DNA of 64,000 nt from a virus (Duplodnaviria; Caudoviricetes), in IMG/VR virus record IMGVR_UViG_3300032038_000034, positions 1-64,000 of that record; one strand, written 5' to 3'. Position numbers and translations under genes: made by a program. Numbering within the stretch: the first letter of the stretch is position 1; each line of letters begins with the position of its first letter. The notes beneath the pieces are model-generated. The model was given only the letters and a program-made list of their open reading frames with translations, was not told the DNA's origin and ran no database searches. Shown here piece after piece: positions 53,521 through 63,900 of the stretch.

Positions 53521-54424
53521 CATACGTCCAATGAGCGTTGTTGCTCAAGAAGCAATCAACTATATCAAAGGACGAAGAGAGCATAACATTGTTTCTCTTA
53601 AAACTAGATGGGAAAAGTTTAATAAGCAGTGTATGGGAGGTATAGAACCAAATACCGTTTACACCATAGCTGGTATATCTGGAACTGGTAAGTCGAGCTG
53701 GGTTAATAGTTTGACAACCGATATAATTGATTTGAATCCAACTGAAGACATAGTCATTCTAAACTTCTCGTTAGAGATGGTTGGATTTAGGCAAGTAGGA
53801 AGGACGCTTTCGAGTAAACTTCGTAAAACGACTTCTGACTTGTATAGTTCTGAAAAGGACCTGGATGACGAAACGTTTAAACGTGTTATTGCAGTATCTA
53901 ATCAGCTGAAGGAATATCCTATATATTTTGTGGATAACCCAAGCACTCCTTCAGAGGTAGAAAAAACTATAAAGAATTTCTATGAAACGTATGTAAAGGG
54001 TTCTAAGAAACACTTTATTATCGTATACGATCACACGTTGCTGACTAAACAAGTAGGTTCTGTAATAGAGACTACTTCGGAACTTGAGCGAGTATTTATA
54101 CAAGCTAAAAAGTATCCGATGACATCAGTGATTCAGATTGCACAAATGAATAGAAATATCGAGTCTTCAGAAAGGATAAATAACCCATCGAGTCATTACC
54201 CGATGCGAAGTGATTTATCGTCATCTGATGCGATGTTTCAGGCAAGTGATTACGTGCTTGTCATGCATAGACCAGAGATATTGAACATTCAAGAGTACGG
54301 ACCAAACCGTTTACCTACACAAAATAAGGTTTACATGCATATGTTGAAAAACAGAGACGCAGGCAAACCTTGTATTCTTGAATTCGAGAACGATTTGATG
54401 TACAATAACCTGATCGAACGTTAA
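53501..54424 (+). CDS. dnaB: DnaB-family replicative helicase
   Basis: AGISGTGKS, FSLEM, IVYDH, IAQMNR, SDLSSSDAMFQASD, KNRDA. Confidence 0.92.
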   Translation: MEQNLSNIRPMSVVAQEAINYIKGRREHNIVSLKTRWEKFNKQCMGGIEPNTVYTIAGISGTGKSSWVNSLTTDIIDLNPTEDIVILNFSLEMVGFRQVGRTLSSKLRKTTSDLYSSEKDLDDETFKRVIAVSNQLKEYPIYFVDNPSTPSEVEKTIKNFYETYVKGSKKHFIIVYDHTLLTKQVGSVIETTSELERVFIQAKKYPMTSVIQIAQMNRNIESSERINNPSSHYPMRSDLSSSDAMFQASDYVLVMHRPEILNIQEYGPNRLPTQNKVYMHMLKNRDAGKPCILEFENDLMYNNLIER

Positions 54425-54465
54425 TGCTCAGATGACAAGTATTAACAATTAAAATAGGCTGATTT

Positions 54466-54933
54466 ATGATTACGACATATACTTTTGGTAAGAAGAATAA
54501 TAATAGTTACAATCCCTTTCACACTAGTAGCAAACCCAACTATTCTAAGATTCTTGATGATATCATTATTGCTGATGTAATTAAGAAGAATAGTTATCTG
54601 TTCAATAAGACGGACAATACGGCAGCTATCGACACCACTCTCCTGGGTGCATCGTACGATTCTGATTTCGATAAGGCTGTTAAGTTCCTTGCCAATTACA
54701 AGAAGCCGAAGAAGAATTATATTCTCCCCTTCGCGCTGAATAAAATGTATACTCTTTCTGACGGTACTCCCATTATCTTCTACGATGATGAGATTCAGAT
54801 TGGTTTTGATACGTATAGCTACGCTGATTTCAGCGACATTTCGTTCATTAACGCTCTGACACCTAAGAAAAAGAAGATTATTATTGATATCTATACGTTT
54901 GGCAACGCTAATATCAATATTAATATTCTTTAA
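54466..54933 (+). CDS. Hypothetical protein
   Basis: 155 aa track ORF. Confidence 0.75.
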   Translation: MITTYTFGKKNNNSYNPFHTSSKPNYSKILDDIIIADVIKKNSYLFNKTDNTAAIDTTLLGASYDSDFDKAVKFLANYKKPKKNYILPFALNKMYTLSDGTPIIFYDDEIQIGFDTYSYADFSDISFINALTPKKKKIIIDIYTFGNANININIL

Positions 54934-54954
54934 TCATTAGAACTATAAGTCAAT

Positions 54955-55701
54955 ATGATAACATTACCTACTCAAAAAGTTCCTGCAACTTCAACTAATC
55001 CGCAGTATTTAATCTTATACGGTCTTCCTAAGAGCGGTAAGACGAGTGCTGTAGCTCAGTTGGAGAATAATCTCATCATAGACCTTGAAGGCGGATCTAA
55101 GTTTATTGATGCGCTAGCTGTTCAGGCACGTACCATCAATGATCTTGGAGAGATTGCACAAGCCATTCGAGCTAAGAACGATGAGGTAGGACATAATTTT
55201 TATAGACACATTACTATCGACAATGCTACACGTCTCGAAGATATTTGTATGAGCTACGCGTGCACACTTTACAGACAGACCGAATTAGGAAAGAACTGGA
55301 AAGGAAACGATGTTACAACACTTGCACGAGGAGCAGGTTATAAGTATTTAAGAGATGCAGTAAAGAAGGTAATTGATATGTTCAAGGACCTTTGTGACGA
55401 ATTTATTCTGATAGGACACGTTAAAGATTCTATTACTGATAAGGATGGACAAGAAGTCAATGCTAGAGAAATCGACCTTGTTGGAAAACTCGGACGAATT
55501 GTATGCGGACTCGCAGATGCGGTCGGCTACGTTTATCGAAAAGAAAATGAGACTCATGTCTCGTTTAAAGGCGGCGATGGAGACTCCGTCCTCGAAGCAA
55601 GAGCGAAACATCTTGCGGGAAAAGATATCATCATTTCTACAGGAAATGAAGACGGATCAATAACAACCTATTGGGATCGTGTTTACAAACCAGAAGTATA
55701 A
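54955..55701 (+). CDS. AAA_24/Sak4-like ATPase
   Basis: LILYGLPKSGKT, IIDLEGG, ITID, ILIGH, ADAVGYVYR. Confidence 0.85.
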   Translation: MITLPTQKVPATSTNPQYLILYGLPKSGKTSAVAQLENNLIIDLEGGSKFIDALAVQARTINDLGEIAQAIRAKNDEVGHNFYRHITIDNATRLEDICMSYACTLYRQTELGKNWKGNDVTTLARGAGYKYLRDAVKKVIDMFKDLCDEFILIGHVKDSITDKDGQEVNAREIDLVGKLGRIVCGLADAVGYVYRKENETHVSFKGGDGDSVLEARAKHLAGKDIIISTGNEDGSITTYWDRVYKPEV

Positions 55702-55718
55702 CTCAGAGTTTAAGAATT

Positions 55719-56327
55719 ATGTATAGTACAAAAACAGCAACAACAAATAACCAGGAGTTTAATAGCTCCTATATGCCTGTAGGCATCAACGAGAATGTAA
55801 CCTTGAAAGAGGTTAATGTAAACAAAACACCTAATGGTCGTGACTTCTTGGAGATAATCTTTGAGAATGAGAACGGTCAGACAGCAACTATGACAGAGTG
55901 GAAGAACGAAAAGAATCAGTGGATTGCTACCGACGAAGATTTGCAGCGTCGTGACGATGCACAGTTTGGTCGTATTCTGCAGGTTATAGATGCAGCAAAC
56001 GGTAACCATACCGACTTCGAAGGAAGTTCGTTTGTGGAGATGATTAACTGGGTAAAAGCTCAGCTTGAACCAGCTACAAATCCTGCAAACATGCGTCAAG
56101 GTATGCGTTTGAAGGTTGTTTACGACAAGAAGGGTTATACGAAAGTTAGCTCTCTTGGTACTTTTGTTGAACCTATGAGTGTAGAAGAGTCTCAGATTAA
56201 GCTTTGGAAGAATGATCTTCTTGAGCGTCCTGTTGTAGCAGATGTTGAACCTGCTGCAGATCCGCTCGGTGTAACTACCGCTCCGGTGACTGAGACTTCA
56301 ACAGGTGCTGACGACCTGCCTTTTTGA
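55719..56327 (+). CDS. Single-stranded DNA-binding protein (putative)
   Basis: Follows the Sak4-like gene; ends GADDLPF; true ATG at 55719. Confidence 0.75.
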   Translation: MYSTKTATTNNQEFNSSYMPVGINENVTLKEVNVNKTPNGRDFLEIIFENENGQTATMTEWKNEKNQWIATDEDLQRRDDAQFGRILQVIDAANGNHTDFEGSSFVEMINWVKAQLEPATNPANMRQGMRLKVVYDKKGYTKVSSLGTFVEPMSVEESQIKLWKNDLLERPVVADVEPAADPLGVTTAPVTETSTGADDLPF

Positions 56328-56424
56328 TTCGTGGTATTATAAACCACGAAAAATGTATATCGGAAACGGTTTACTAGAGCAAATGGTCAGTGGTGGAGGT
56401 TGACTTCTGGTCAACCCTTGGTTA

Positions 56425-56522
56425 AGTATAGATGCTAAAGCGGCCGAGTACCCTAGAGGGAAAGCATTTGACGTCTAAGGCGTGCGGTGCACACAGAGGT
56501 TCGAGTCCTCTCTATACTACAA
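56425..56522 (+). ncRNA. tRNA-like RNA (acceptor + T arm, non-canonical interior)
   Basis: AGTATAG/CTATACT-A-CAA; AGAGG-TTCGAGT-CCTCT. Confidence 0.55.
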
Positions 56523-56540
56523 TAATTTAAATTAAGTACT

Positions 56541-56819
56541 ATGATATCAGAAAAGTTAAGAAGATGTTCTAATTGTGGAAGGTTCATGAATGAAGGTTAT
56601 CTTCTTGGGGTTTATTACGCCTGTAGTGATAAGTGTAGAAATAAAATTTACAGAAAACATAATGGCGTAAAAACAGACGAAGAGGCTAAAATAATGTACC
56701 TGAAAGACTGTTATATGCTTGAAGATAAGGACATCGAAGGACTTACTTCTGAGCAAATATCAGAGAAATACAAAGATTGTGAAATATCAGATGATGTATT
56801 TTGGACACAGTGGTGGTAA
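56541..56819 (+). CDS. Small Zn-finger-like protein
   Basis: CSNC...CSDKC. Confidence 0.7.
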   Translation: MISEKLRRCSNCGRFMNEGYLLGVYYACSDKCRNKIYRKHNGVKTDEEAKIMYLKDCYMLEDKDIEGLTSEQISEKYKDCEISDDVFWTQWW

Positions 56820-56948
56820 ATAATTATGAAGAAAAAAGATTATCACAAACCAGGATATTGGAAAGACTGGTATTGGAACAAAGGCGGACGAGAAAAAGTC
56901 CAAGCAACACGTTATATTGCAGAATATGAACGTGAAAAAAGGAAAAAT

Positions 56949-57020
56949 GGTTGTGAGGCTTAAAAGTAGGAATAAAGCTAGTGCGCGCGCTAAGTGGTTC
57001 GAATCCACCCACAACTTCAA
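56949..57020 (+). ncRNA. tRNA-like RNA with a 4-nt loop in place of the anticodon
   Basis: GGTTGTG/CACAACT, GCTT/AAGC, TAGTG-CGCG-CGCTA, GTGG-TTCGAAT-CCAC. Confidence 0.6.
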
Positions 57021-57040
57021 TACAAAAGAGCTTATAAGCC

Positions 57041-58015
57041 ATGTATAGTACAAAAACAGCTATTACAATGAGTCTTAGAGACTTGTTGGATAAAGTGGAT
57101 GACTATACTATCTATTCTTATTATCTTGGAGCATTTAAGCCCGGAAAACTTATGAATAGTCCTTTACGAAGTGATGATAGAATGCCGTCTTTTGCTATAT
57201 TTCCTACAAAAGATGGTGCACTCCTATTCAAAGACCACGGTACTGGAATAGCGGGAAACGCATTGAAGTTCTTAAAGCTTTATAGAGACATTCAAACAAG
57301 AGAAGAACTTGAACGAGAATTGTTGAGGATTGTACGAAAAGTAAATCCAAACTTAAACGTTGTTACTAAGACTAATGGTCATTTGGTAACATCGGGATTA
57401 CCAGCAGATATCGGAATAGTTCGTCAACCATTTACAGAAGTTGATAAACAGTATTGGAAGCAATTCCATATATCTATTGATACGTTGAAGAAATTCAATG
57501 TGTTTAGCATTAAATATTTTCTTTGTAATAGAGTCGTCAGAGGAACCTACAAAGAAACTAGTCCTATGTATGCATATAAGGTTTATGATCGATTTAAGAT
57601 TTATAGACCTTTAGCTTCAAAGTATACTAAATGGCGTACCAATCTGACAAATAGGCACGTTCAGGGATTAGCCGAGTTGCCCGAAGCAGGCGGAGATCTA
57701 CTTATAATCACAAAGTCTTTAAAAGATGTTATGTGTTTATATGAGATGGGTTTTAATGCTATATCGCCTTCTAGTGAGACTACATTTATCCCAGAAGATA
57801 TATTGAAGTCTCTACGTAGTAAGTGGAAGAAGATTGTTATACTGTTCGATCGAGATGCAACGGGGATGAAAAAAGCTCGAGAGTATAGTAAACAATATAA
57901 GATGGATGCTATATTTGTCCATAAGAAGTTTAAATCGAAAGATATTTCAGACGCAGTAAAAAACAATAATTTTAACACGGTCAAAGATTGGCTGTATAAA
58001 ACGTTGAACATATGA
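57041..58015 (+). CDS. dnaG: DNA primase (crAss DnaG/TOPRIM type)
   Basis: SPLRSDDRMPSF, FKDHG, LIITKSLKDVM, LFDRDATG, KDISD. Confidence 0.88.
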   Translation: MYSTKTAITMSLRDLLDKVDDYTIYSYYLGAFKPGKLMNSPLRSDDRMPSFAIFPTKDGALLFKDHGTGIAGNALKFLKLYRDIQTREELERELLRIVRKVNPNLNVVTKTNGHLVTSGLPADIGIVRQPFTEVDKQYWKQFHISIDTLKKFNVFSIKYFLCNRVVRGTYKETSPMYAYKVYDRFKIYRPLASKYTKWRTNLTNRHVQGLAELPEAGGDLLIITKSLKDVMCLYEMGFNAISPSSETTFIPEDILKSLRSKWKKIVILFDRDATGMKKAREYSKQYKMDAIFVHKKFKSKDISDAVKNNNFNTVKDWLYKTLNI

Positions 58016-58266
58016 TAGAGACATTGATCCTCGGCATAGTGATTGGTATCGTAGGTACTATTGCTGGAGCCGCATATGCAGCATATAAGTGGAGTAAAAA
58101 CCCATATGTGCTGAAAAAGTTTAATAGTGGTTATAGTGTACTTGCTTGCGATATTGGTTTCGAAGGAGATCCGAATGGCTACATTGGATTGAGAAAGAAC
58201 AATAAAATAATCGCAGGCATTAAATACAACGATAACGGAGTTACAGATATCGTATATGATATCTAA
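58012..58266 (+). CDS. Small membrane protein
   Basis: N-terminal TM helix. Confidence 0.65.
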   Translation: MIETLILGIVIGIVGTIAGAAYAAYKWSKNPYVLKKFNSGYSVLACDIGFEGDPNGYIGLRKNNKIIAGIKYNDNGVTDIVYDI

Positions 58267-58651
58267 ATCTAAAAGCAGAGTTAAGAATGCGACAGCAGTC
58301 GATAAGTATGGAATCCATTTCAGGAGCAAACTCGAACTCTATACTTATGAAGCTTTTATGGATGCAGGGATACCTGTAAAATATGAGCCAAAGCATTTTA
58401 CTCTGTTACCTAAGTTCGAGTATCTTGGAGAGAAAATACGTCCTATTACATATCTTCCAGACTTTATAGGCAGAGGATTTGTAGTAGAATGTAAAGGTCT
58501 TATGGGAGATTCGTTTCCTCTAAGATACAAACTCTTCAAGTATTATTTAAAGCGTCATCATTCCAAGATGCGCTGCTACCTGGTGAGAAATCATAAACAG
58601 GTAGATGAAATGATCCAAGAACTAAAAAGTCAGAGACAAGATGGAAAATAA
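58256..58651 (+). CDS. PD-(D/E)xK endonuclease (T7 endonuclease I/DUF1064-like)
   Basis: FRSKLE, YLPDF, VVECKG. Confidence 0.85.
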   Translation: MISKSKSRVKNATAVDKYGIHFRSKLELYTYEAFMDAGIPVKYEPKHFTLLPKFEYLGEKIRPITYLPDFIGRGFVVECKGLMGDSFPLRYKLFKYYLKRHHSKMRCYLVRNHKQVDEMIQELKSQRQDGK

Positions 58652-59411
58652 ATTTTCGTTTATAAAAAACGGTGACAAGATTATGCCAGTGCCTTCGGGT
58701 ATTAATTACTCATTAAAGGCTGGTAAAGTTTATGAACTTCACAATACACCAATGGATGAGCCATGTTTATCTGAAATAGACTCGTTTATTTTCCCTGAGG
58801 ACTATTATCTTAGTGACTCAGATGAGAAGTTTATGAACAAGATTGTTACTACATACAGAAAGACTGATAAACTTACCACAGGTGTATTGTTTAGTGGTCT
58901 TAAAGGTAGCGGTAAGACTCTTATGGCTAAAGCAACAGCTATGAGATCTAACCTTCCCATCATTGTAATTAGCGGTTCTGTACGAGCAAATGACATAGAA
59001 TCATTCTTTTCACAAGTAAGTGATGACGTATGTATCATTATGGATGAACTTGACAAAAACTGGTATCTGCCAGCATTGTTAGGATTCTTCGATGGTGTTA
59101 AACCTACGTGTAAAAAGTTGATTCTTTGCACTGCAAACGACGAACAAGATATCAATAAGTACTTAAATGATCGTTGCTCTCGTATACGTTATAAGCGTAC
59201 ATTTAAGAGTATCGATAAGAATGTAGCTAAAACTGTATTGTTGAAGTATTTCGATACAGAAGAGGCCGCAGATGGTGCTGCTGAGTTTTGTTGTAGTGCA
59301 ATGGGTGTAGTATCGTACGATAATGTTGTTATCTTCGGAGAAGAACATCAAAATAACCCTAATGAATCTTTTGATGATATACTTAAAGATCTTAACATTG
59401 CACACAAATGA
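58641..59411 (+). CDS. AAA+ ATPase
   Basis: GLKGSGKT, IIMDELDK, CTAN, RCSRIRY. Confidence 0.85.
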   Translation: MENKFSFIKNGDKIMPVPSGINYSLKAGKVYELHNTPMDEPCLSEIDSFIFPEDYYLSDSDEKFMNKIVTTYRKTDKLTTGVLFSGLKGSGKTLMAKATAMRSNLPIIVISGSVRANDIESFFSQVSDDVCIIMDELDKNWYLPALLGFFDGVKPTCKKLILCTANDEQDINKYLNDRCSRIRYKRTFKSIDKNVAKTVLLKYFDTEEAADGAAEFCCSAMGVVSYDNVVIFGEEHQNNPNESFDDILKDLNIAHK

Positions 59412-60403
59412 TGGACATATCAGTTCCTTATTACGAAGATAAAACTAGAATATCCAATTCGAACATAGGCTGGTTCCTAAACAAGGGGCCAGCCTTTTTA
59501 CATAAGATGCTAACAGAAGATGTTCCTGAAGAAAAGAATCCAGTACTCGAAAGAGGAACGATGATTCATGAATATATTCTGCAACCTGAAGAGTTCCGAA
59601 AAGACTATGTGATCTGGGACAAAAGTAGGCCTACTTCTGCACAGCAGGAGAAGTTCTGTCAGGCACTTGCATCTTCACTAGAAATAGAGCCAAATAGAGC
59701 CATTCTAGACGCTTATAAACAAGCATATAGTACAGCAGGAAAGTCAGAAGACAAAATGCTATCAGAAGGCCTTAAAATAGCCTCTACGTTGAAGGATTAT
59801 ATTGACTTCCTGAAAGAAAATGATGGAAGGATTATGATCTCCCATTGGGATTATCAGATGCTTGAGAAAATCAAGCATAATATACGCAATCATAAACTTG
59901 CTTGGAACATAATAGATGCACCATTAAGGGCAACTGAATTATGTGATTACGAAGCACACCACGAATTCCATATAAATTGGGAGTGGGAAATGCAAGTAGC
60001 ATGCAAGTCTCTATTAGACGGTCTTACTCTTGATTTTAAGAATAAGAAAGCTATTATCTATGACTTAAAGACTACAGCCAAGCTGTGGCACTTTGAGGAT
60101 AGTATAGAGATGTATGATTACTGTAGACAGCTTGCATATTATACAATGGCTGTTAAATGGTATCTCAAGAACGAATGTAACGAAAACACAGATGATTGGA
60201 CATTTGAATATTATATCATTGGAATCGACACTACTGGATCGTATGAAATACGTGTATTCAGGATTGAAGAGTTCATGGTGCAAAGCCGCAACTATGTCAT
60301 ACAGGACGCGTTGACGGATATTGCTTGGCACCAAACCAATGATAAGTGGGAACATAGTAGAAGTTATTATGAAGGCGATGGCTCAGAGTCATTGAACCTA
60401 TGA
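59408..60403 (+). CDS. PD-(D/E)xK exonuclease (RecE/exonuclease VIII-like)
   Basis: ISNS, GTMIHEYILQPE, CKSLLD, IYDLKTT, YCRQLAYY. Confidence 0.85.
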   Translation: MMDISVPYYEDKTRISNSNIGWFLNKGPAFLHKMLTEDVPEEKNPVLERGTMIHEYILQPEEFRKDYVIWDKSRPTSAQQEKFCQALASSLEIEPNRAILDAYKQAYSTAGKSEDKMLSEGLKIASTLKDYIDFLKENDGRIMISHWDYQMLEKIKHNIRNHKLAWNIIDAPLRATELCDYEAHHEFHINWEWEMQVACKSLLDGLTLDFKNKKAIIYDLKTTAKLWHFEDSIEMYDYCRQLAYYTMAVKWYLKNECNENTDDWTFEYYIIGIDTTGSYEIRVFRIEEFMVQSRNYVIQDALTDIAWHQTNDKWEHSRSYYEGDGSESLNL

Positions 60404-60894
60404 GTACACAGATGAAACTAATAATCCCCCTTCTTGATAAAAATATCACGAAGGAGGATTTAAGTAGTAAAGCAGGATTTGTAGATGCATATATATTTGA
60501 TAAAAACAGACCTGCAATAGACAATTGTATATTTTTAATGTACGATATGTCAAAAACAACAGCTGAAACCGGAAAGCGAGAACACAATTTCGCAAAATGT
60601 ACAAATATTCACAGCATTAAAGTAGAATATATTGGCGGCAAACCATTTAAAATTTTTGCTTTTAAAATAATTGGCAAAGATGTAAAGGATTTGTTAAACG
60701 GTTATAAGCCAAAACAGTATAACAATGTAGTTCGTATATTATCGTTCTGGAGAGGTTATGATGATGATGTCAATAAAACAATGTTGATAAATAAACCAGA
60801 ACGAATTAGTCGTGACTGGAAGACAATTCCAGAATACGACTACCGCCCATCGCCACAGATGGGTTTTGGAATAAATAAAGGCGAGGCTCTGTAA
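60400..60894 (+). CDS. Hypothetical protein (start may be 60412)
   Basis: 164 aa; last gene of the rightward block. Confidence 0.75.
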   Translation: MSTQMKLIIPLLDKNITKEDLSSKAGFVDAYIFDKNRPAIDNCIFLMYDMSKTTAETGKREHNFAKCTNIHSIKVEYIGGKPFKIFAFKIIGKDVKDLLNGYKPKQYNNVVRILSFWRGYDDDVNKTMLINKPERISRDWKTIPEYDYRPSPQMGFGINKGEAL

Positions 60895-60917
60895 AAAGAG
60901 TCCCGCCTTTTATTTTT
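60872..60917. terminator. Bidirectional terminator between the convergent blocks
   Basis: AAATAAAGGCG-AGGCTCT-GTAAAA-AGAGTCC-CGCCTTTTATTTTT. Confidence 0.85.
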
Positions 60918-60942
60918 CCATTAGAGTTTATTTTTACGCTCG

Positions 60943-63900
60943 TTATAATCCTCCTAAACCAGAAAATTCGTTCATTCCACCTAAGTTATTGAGTCCGCCT
61001 AGATCGTTAAGATTTCCAAATTCAGAACTATTTTTACTTGAACCAGAAGATTTCTTTCCTGGGGCAGCTTCGTGCCAGTAACCTTCCCACCAAACCATCT
61101 TCTTAAACCATTTTGTCTTGGCTTTAACACCTTCAGTGCTCTTAGAAGTATAGATGTTATGCAAACCTAAGCTTGAAAATGTCTAAAGCAAATCTCTAAA
61201 AGCTTTTGGTGTATTCTTATAACCGCCAGATTTGACTTTTTCCCAATCTTCATATTGAGTACCGTGTTCTTGAAATCCTTTGTAGGCGTCTTTTACAAGG
61301 TCAATAAATTTAAGTTTCTTGTCGATATCGCTCTTAGATGGCGTAATACTATTTATAAGGTCCATAAACGTATTTGCATCAAACCACGTATAACGAACAA
61401 TAGCAAGTCTGATTAATATGTGGTCTATTACTTGATTCCAGTATTCGTCATCGCTTCCGTCATCTACCATTTTGTTATGAAACGTTGTCTGAATCAAAGC
61501 CAACACACCAATGGCAGCAAGTTCGGAAACTATTCTATTGAACGCGTAAATATCAGATTCTGGAATTTCAAGCTCCTCCCTCTTCTACTTTGATTTCTCG
61601 TTGTAGCGAGATCTGAATGGATGCACCAGCGTATATAGACCGTATTTAATTGCGTTCTTTGTATGACTAGGAGTGTCTACTCCTTTTGGAGTTATTTTAA
61701 ATTGACGTATTTGCTGCCAAATATAATTAAACAGTTCTCCAAATGCACACATGTGGAATGCAGCAGAGACAATACCATCTTCTATCTCTCCGGTTTGGAA
61801 GTTATATCCGCCTTTATCAGCCCAATAGTCTTGTTTAAGTTCAGCCCTAGCTTTTGATGCTCTGTTCTCGTCGATTGGTGAATCATCGTCAATCTGGAAG
61901 TCTCGTAGAGATCTAAAACGTTCACTTATACCTACAAGCATAAATGTACGCATAACAACAGTAAACGCTGTAATTACATTAGACTGAATCTTTGTACGCT
62001 CATTTCCAGGCACTATAAGGTTTGATACTGTAGCACGGTTACGCATACGTTTACCTACACGATTCTCAAGTTCGGGAGTAACAGCACGACCATATTTGTT
62101 ATTTGTCGTTACAAATTCTCCGTTCTTGTCTGTTTTATACGCATCAAATAACGTGTGCGTTGACATAAAGAACTTTCGCTTAGCAACGCTCATAGGAATA
62201 CCTTTAGATTGTGCATACTCGTAGTACTCTTGGCGATTCATATACGCATTAGCATCTTCTATATACCTATAGCTATTCATAGTAATAGCAAACACCTATG
62301 CGTTTATAGTATGCTCTCCTAAAGAGAACGGAAGCATTAGTACTCCATCTCCTAAGAAACGTCCAAGCTGACTTCTATCCATACCTCTGAAGTTAACCGC
62401 TCCGGTTTTAGCAAGTCCAAACTTAACCATGCCGGAAGAAATCTTATCGTACGATTTACTCTTACCGGCGCTTATAATAGCAGCTGGTAATCTACCAAGC
62501 ATTTTAAGCGTGCCAATAATATAATCGTCTGCGCCCATATATCTTCCAGCTACAGCATCCATTGCTATCTATACAGCTGGATCTAAATAGGCTACTAGAC
62601 CAGCAAGCCAGTTTAATGCAAGTAAACCGGTAGTAGTAAGAGCTCTTAAACCAGGTATCCACTTCAACATTTGACGAACCCATTTATCAGTATAAGTTAC
62701 AAGGTTGTCCTCGTTTATATCGAAGTTTCTCTGACGTTCATAGAATGCTCTGTTTACAATACCTTTCAAGAATGTCTTTTGGCGATCTCTATTTGTTTTA
62801 GCACGTTCTAGTTTATCAATAGCTGTCAAGAATAATGGAAGCATCTTAGACTTTGCTTTGTAGTTCTATGACATTTCATAGAAATCTATAACGGATCCAA
62901 GGATATCAGAATTAATCTCATTTGGATTATCCAATCTTCTGAGATATCTGACAGGAATATTCATAGCACGAGTACCATCAGGTCTAAGCTCATAGTCTAC
63001 GTTGATATCCGTATCAGACTCATTTATTCCAAAATGACGTCTAAACCAGTATAGAATGGGTTTACCTATATTCCACCATCTATTTCTATGGAACATCTGA
63101 CCAGTTCTAGCTCCTTGTTGCGGCAATCTTCCATCATACGTGCCTGCAAACGGTATATCCTCATAAGCATTGCGCATAGTATTCATAAGCGCTGTATAGT
63201 ATGTTTTTAGGGCCGCAGGGCCGTTTTCTATGTATTTCTTATACTTTTCATTAGTATAGCTTACATCGTCGCTAGAACGCTTTGTATCATCTGTAATAGG
63301 CTGTATAGGCTTATTGGCTGTAGCATCAAATCTCTCGTCCACATAGTCCTTATCTGAAGCTTCTGCATCGATTACAGAATATGCCTGTGTTGGTTGTTTG
63401 ATAGTAGCATCTATAAGACCTTTAGATGTGCTAACCTGTTGTGCAGGTGGCTGCGTGATAGAGAATATACTAAGCTGGCCTTTTTTAGACATTTGTCCAT
63501 TTGCGCCGCGTATGGTATATTGAAAATTCTCCATCTCTCTAGCTAATTCTGTAGCCACACGAGGATCGTTTGTGCCATATTTATTCTCCAAACGTTTCTT
63601 AATCTTCTTTTGTATATGAACATACATTGTTTCCTGCGTGCCGCCTGGAAGATTTACCATTATAGGCAACGATGTCATTAAAGACTTATACATCTAGGCT
63701 TGTGCTTTCGTCCATTTAGAACCAGTATTGGTATGTTTTAGATTTTCAATAAGCTCGTCATAATGTCTAAGATTGGCCCAAAACTCTTCATATCCAGGAC
63801 GAATCTCACCAGTTTCCAAATTAAGTACCTGTTCCAATCTAGGACTATATAATCCTTTCTTGGTTTTTATTATGGAAATGAGTTTATTGCGAGTGTAACG

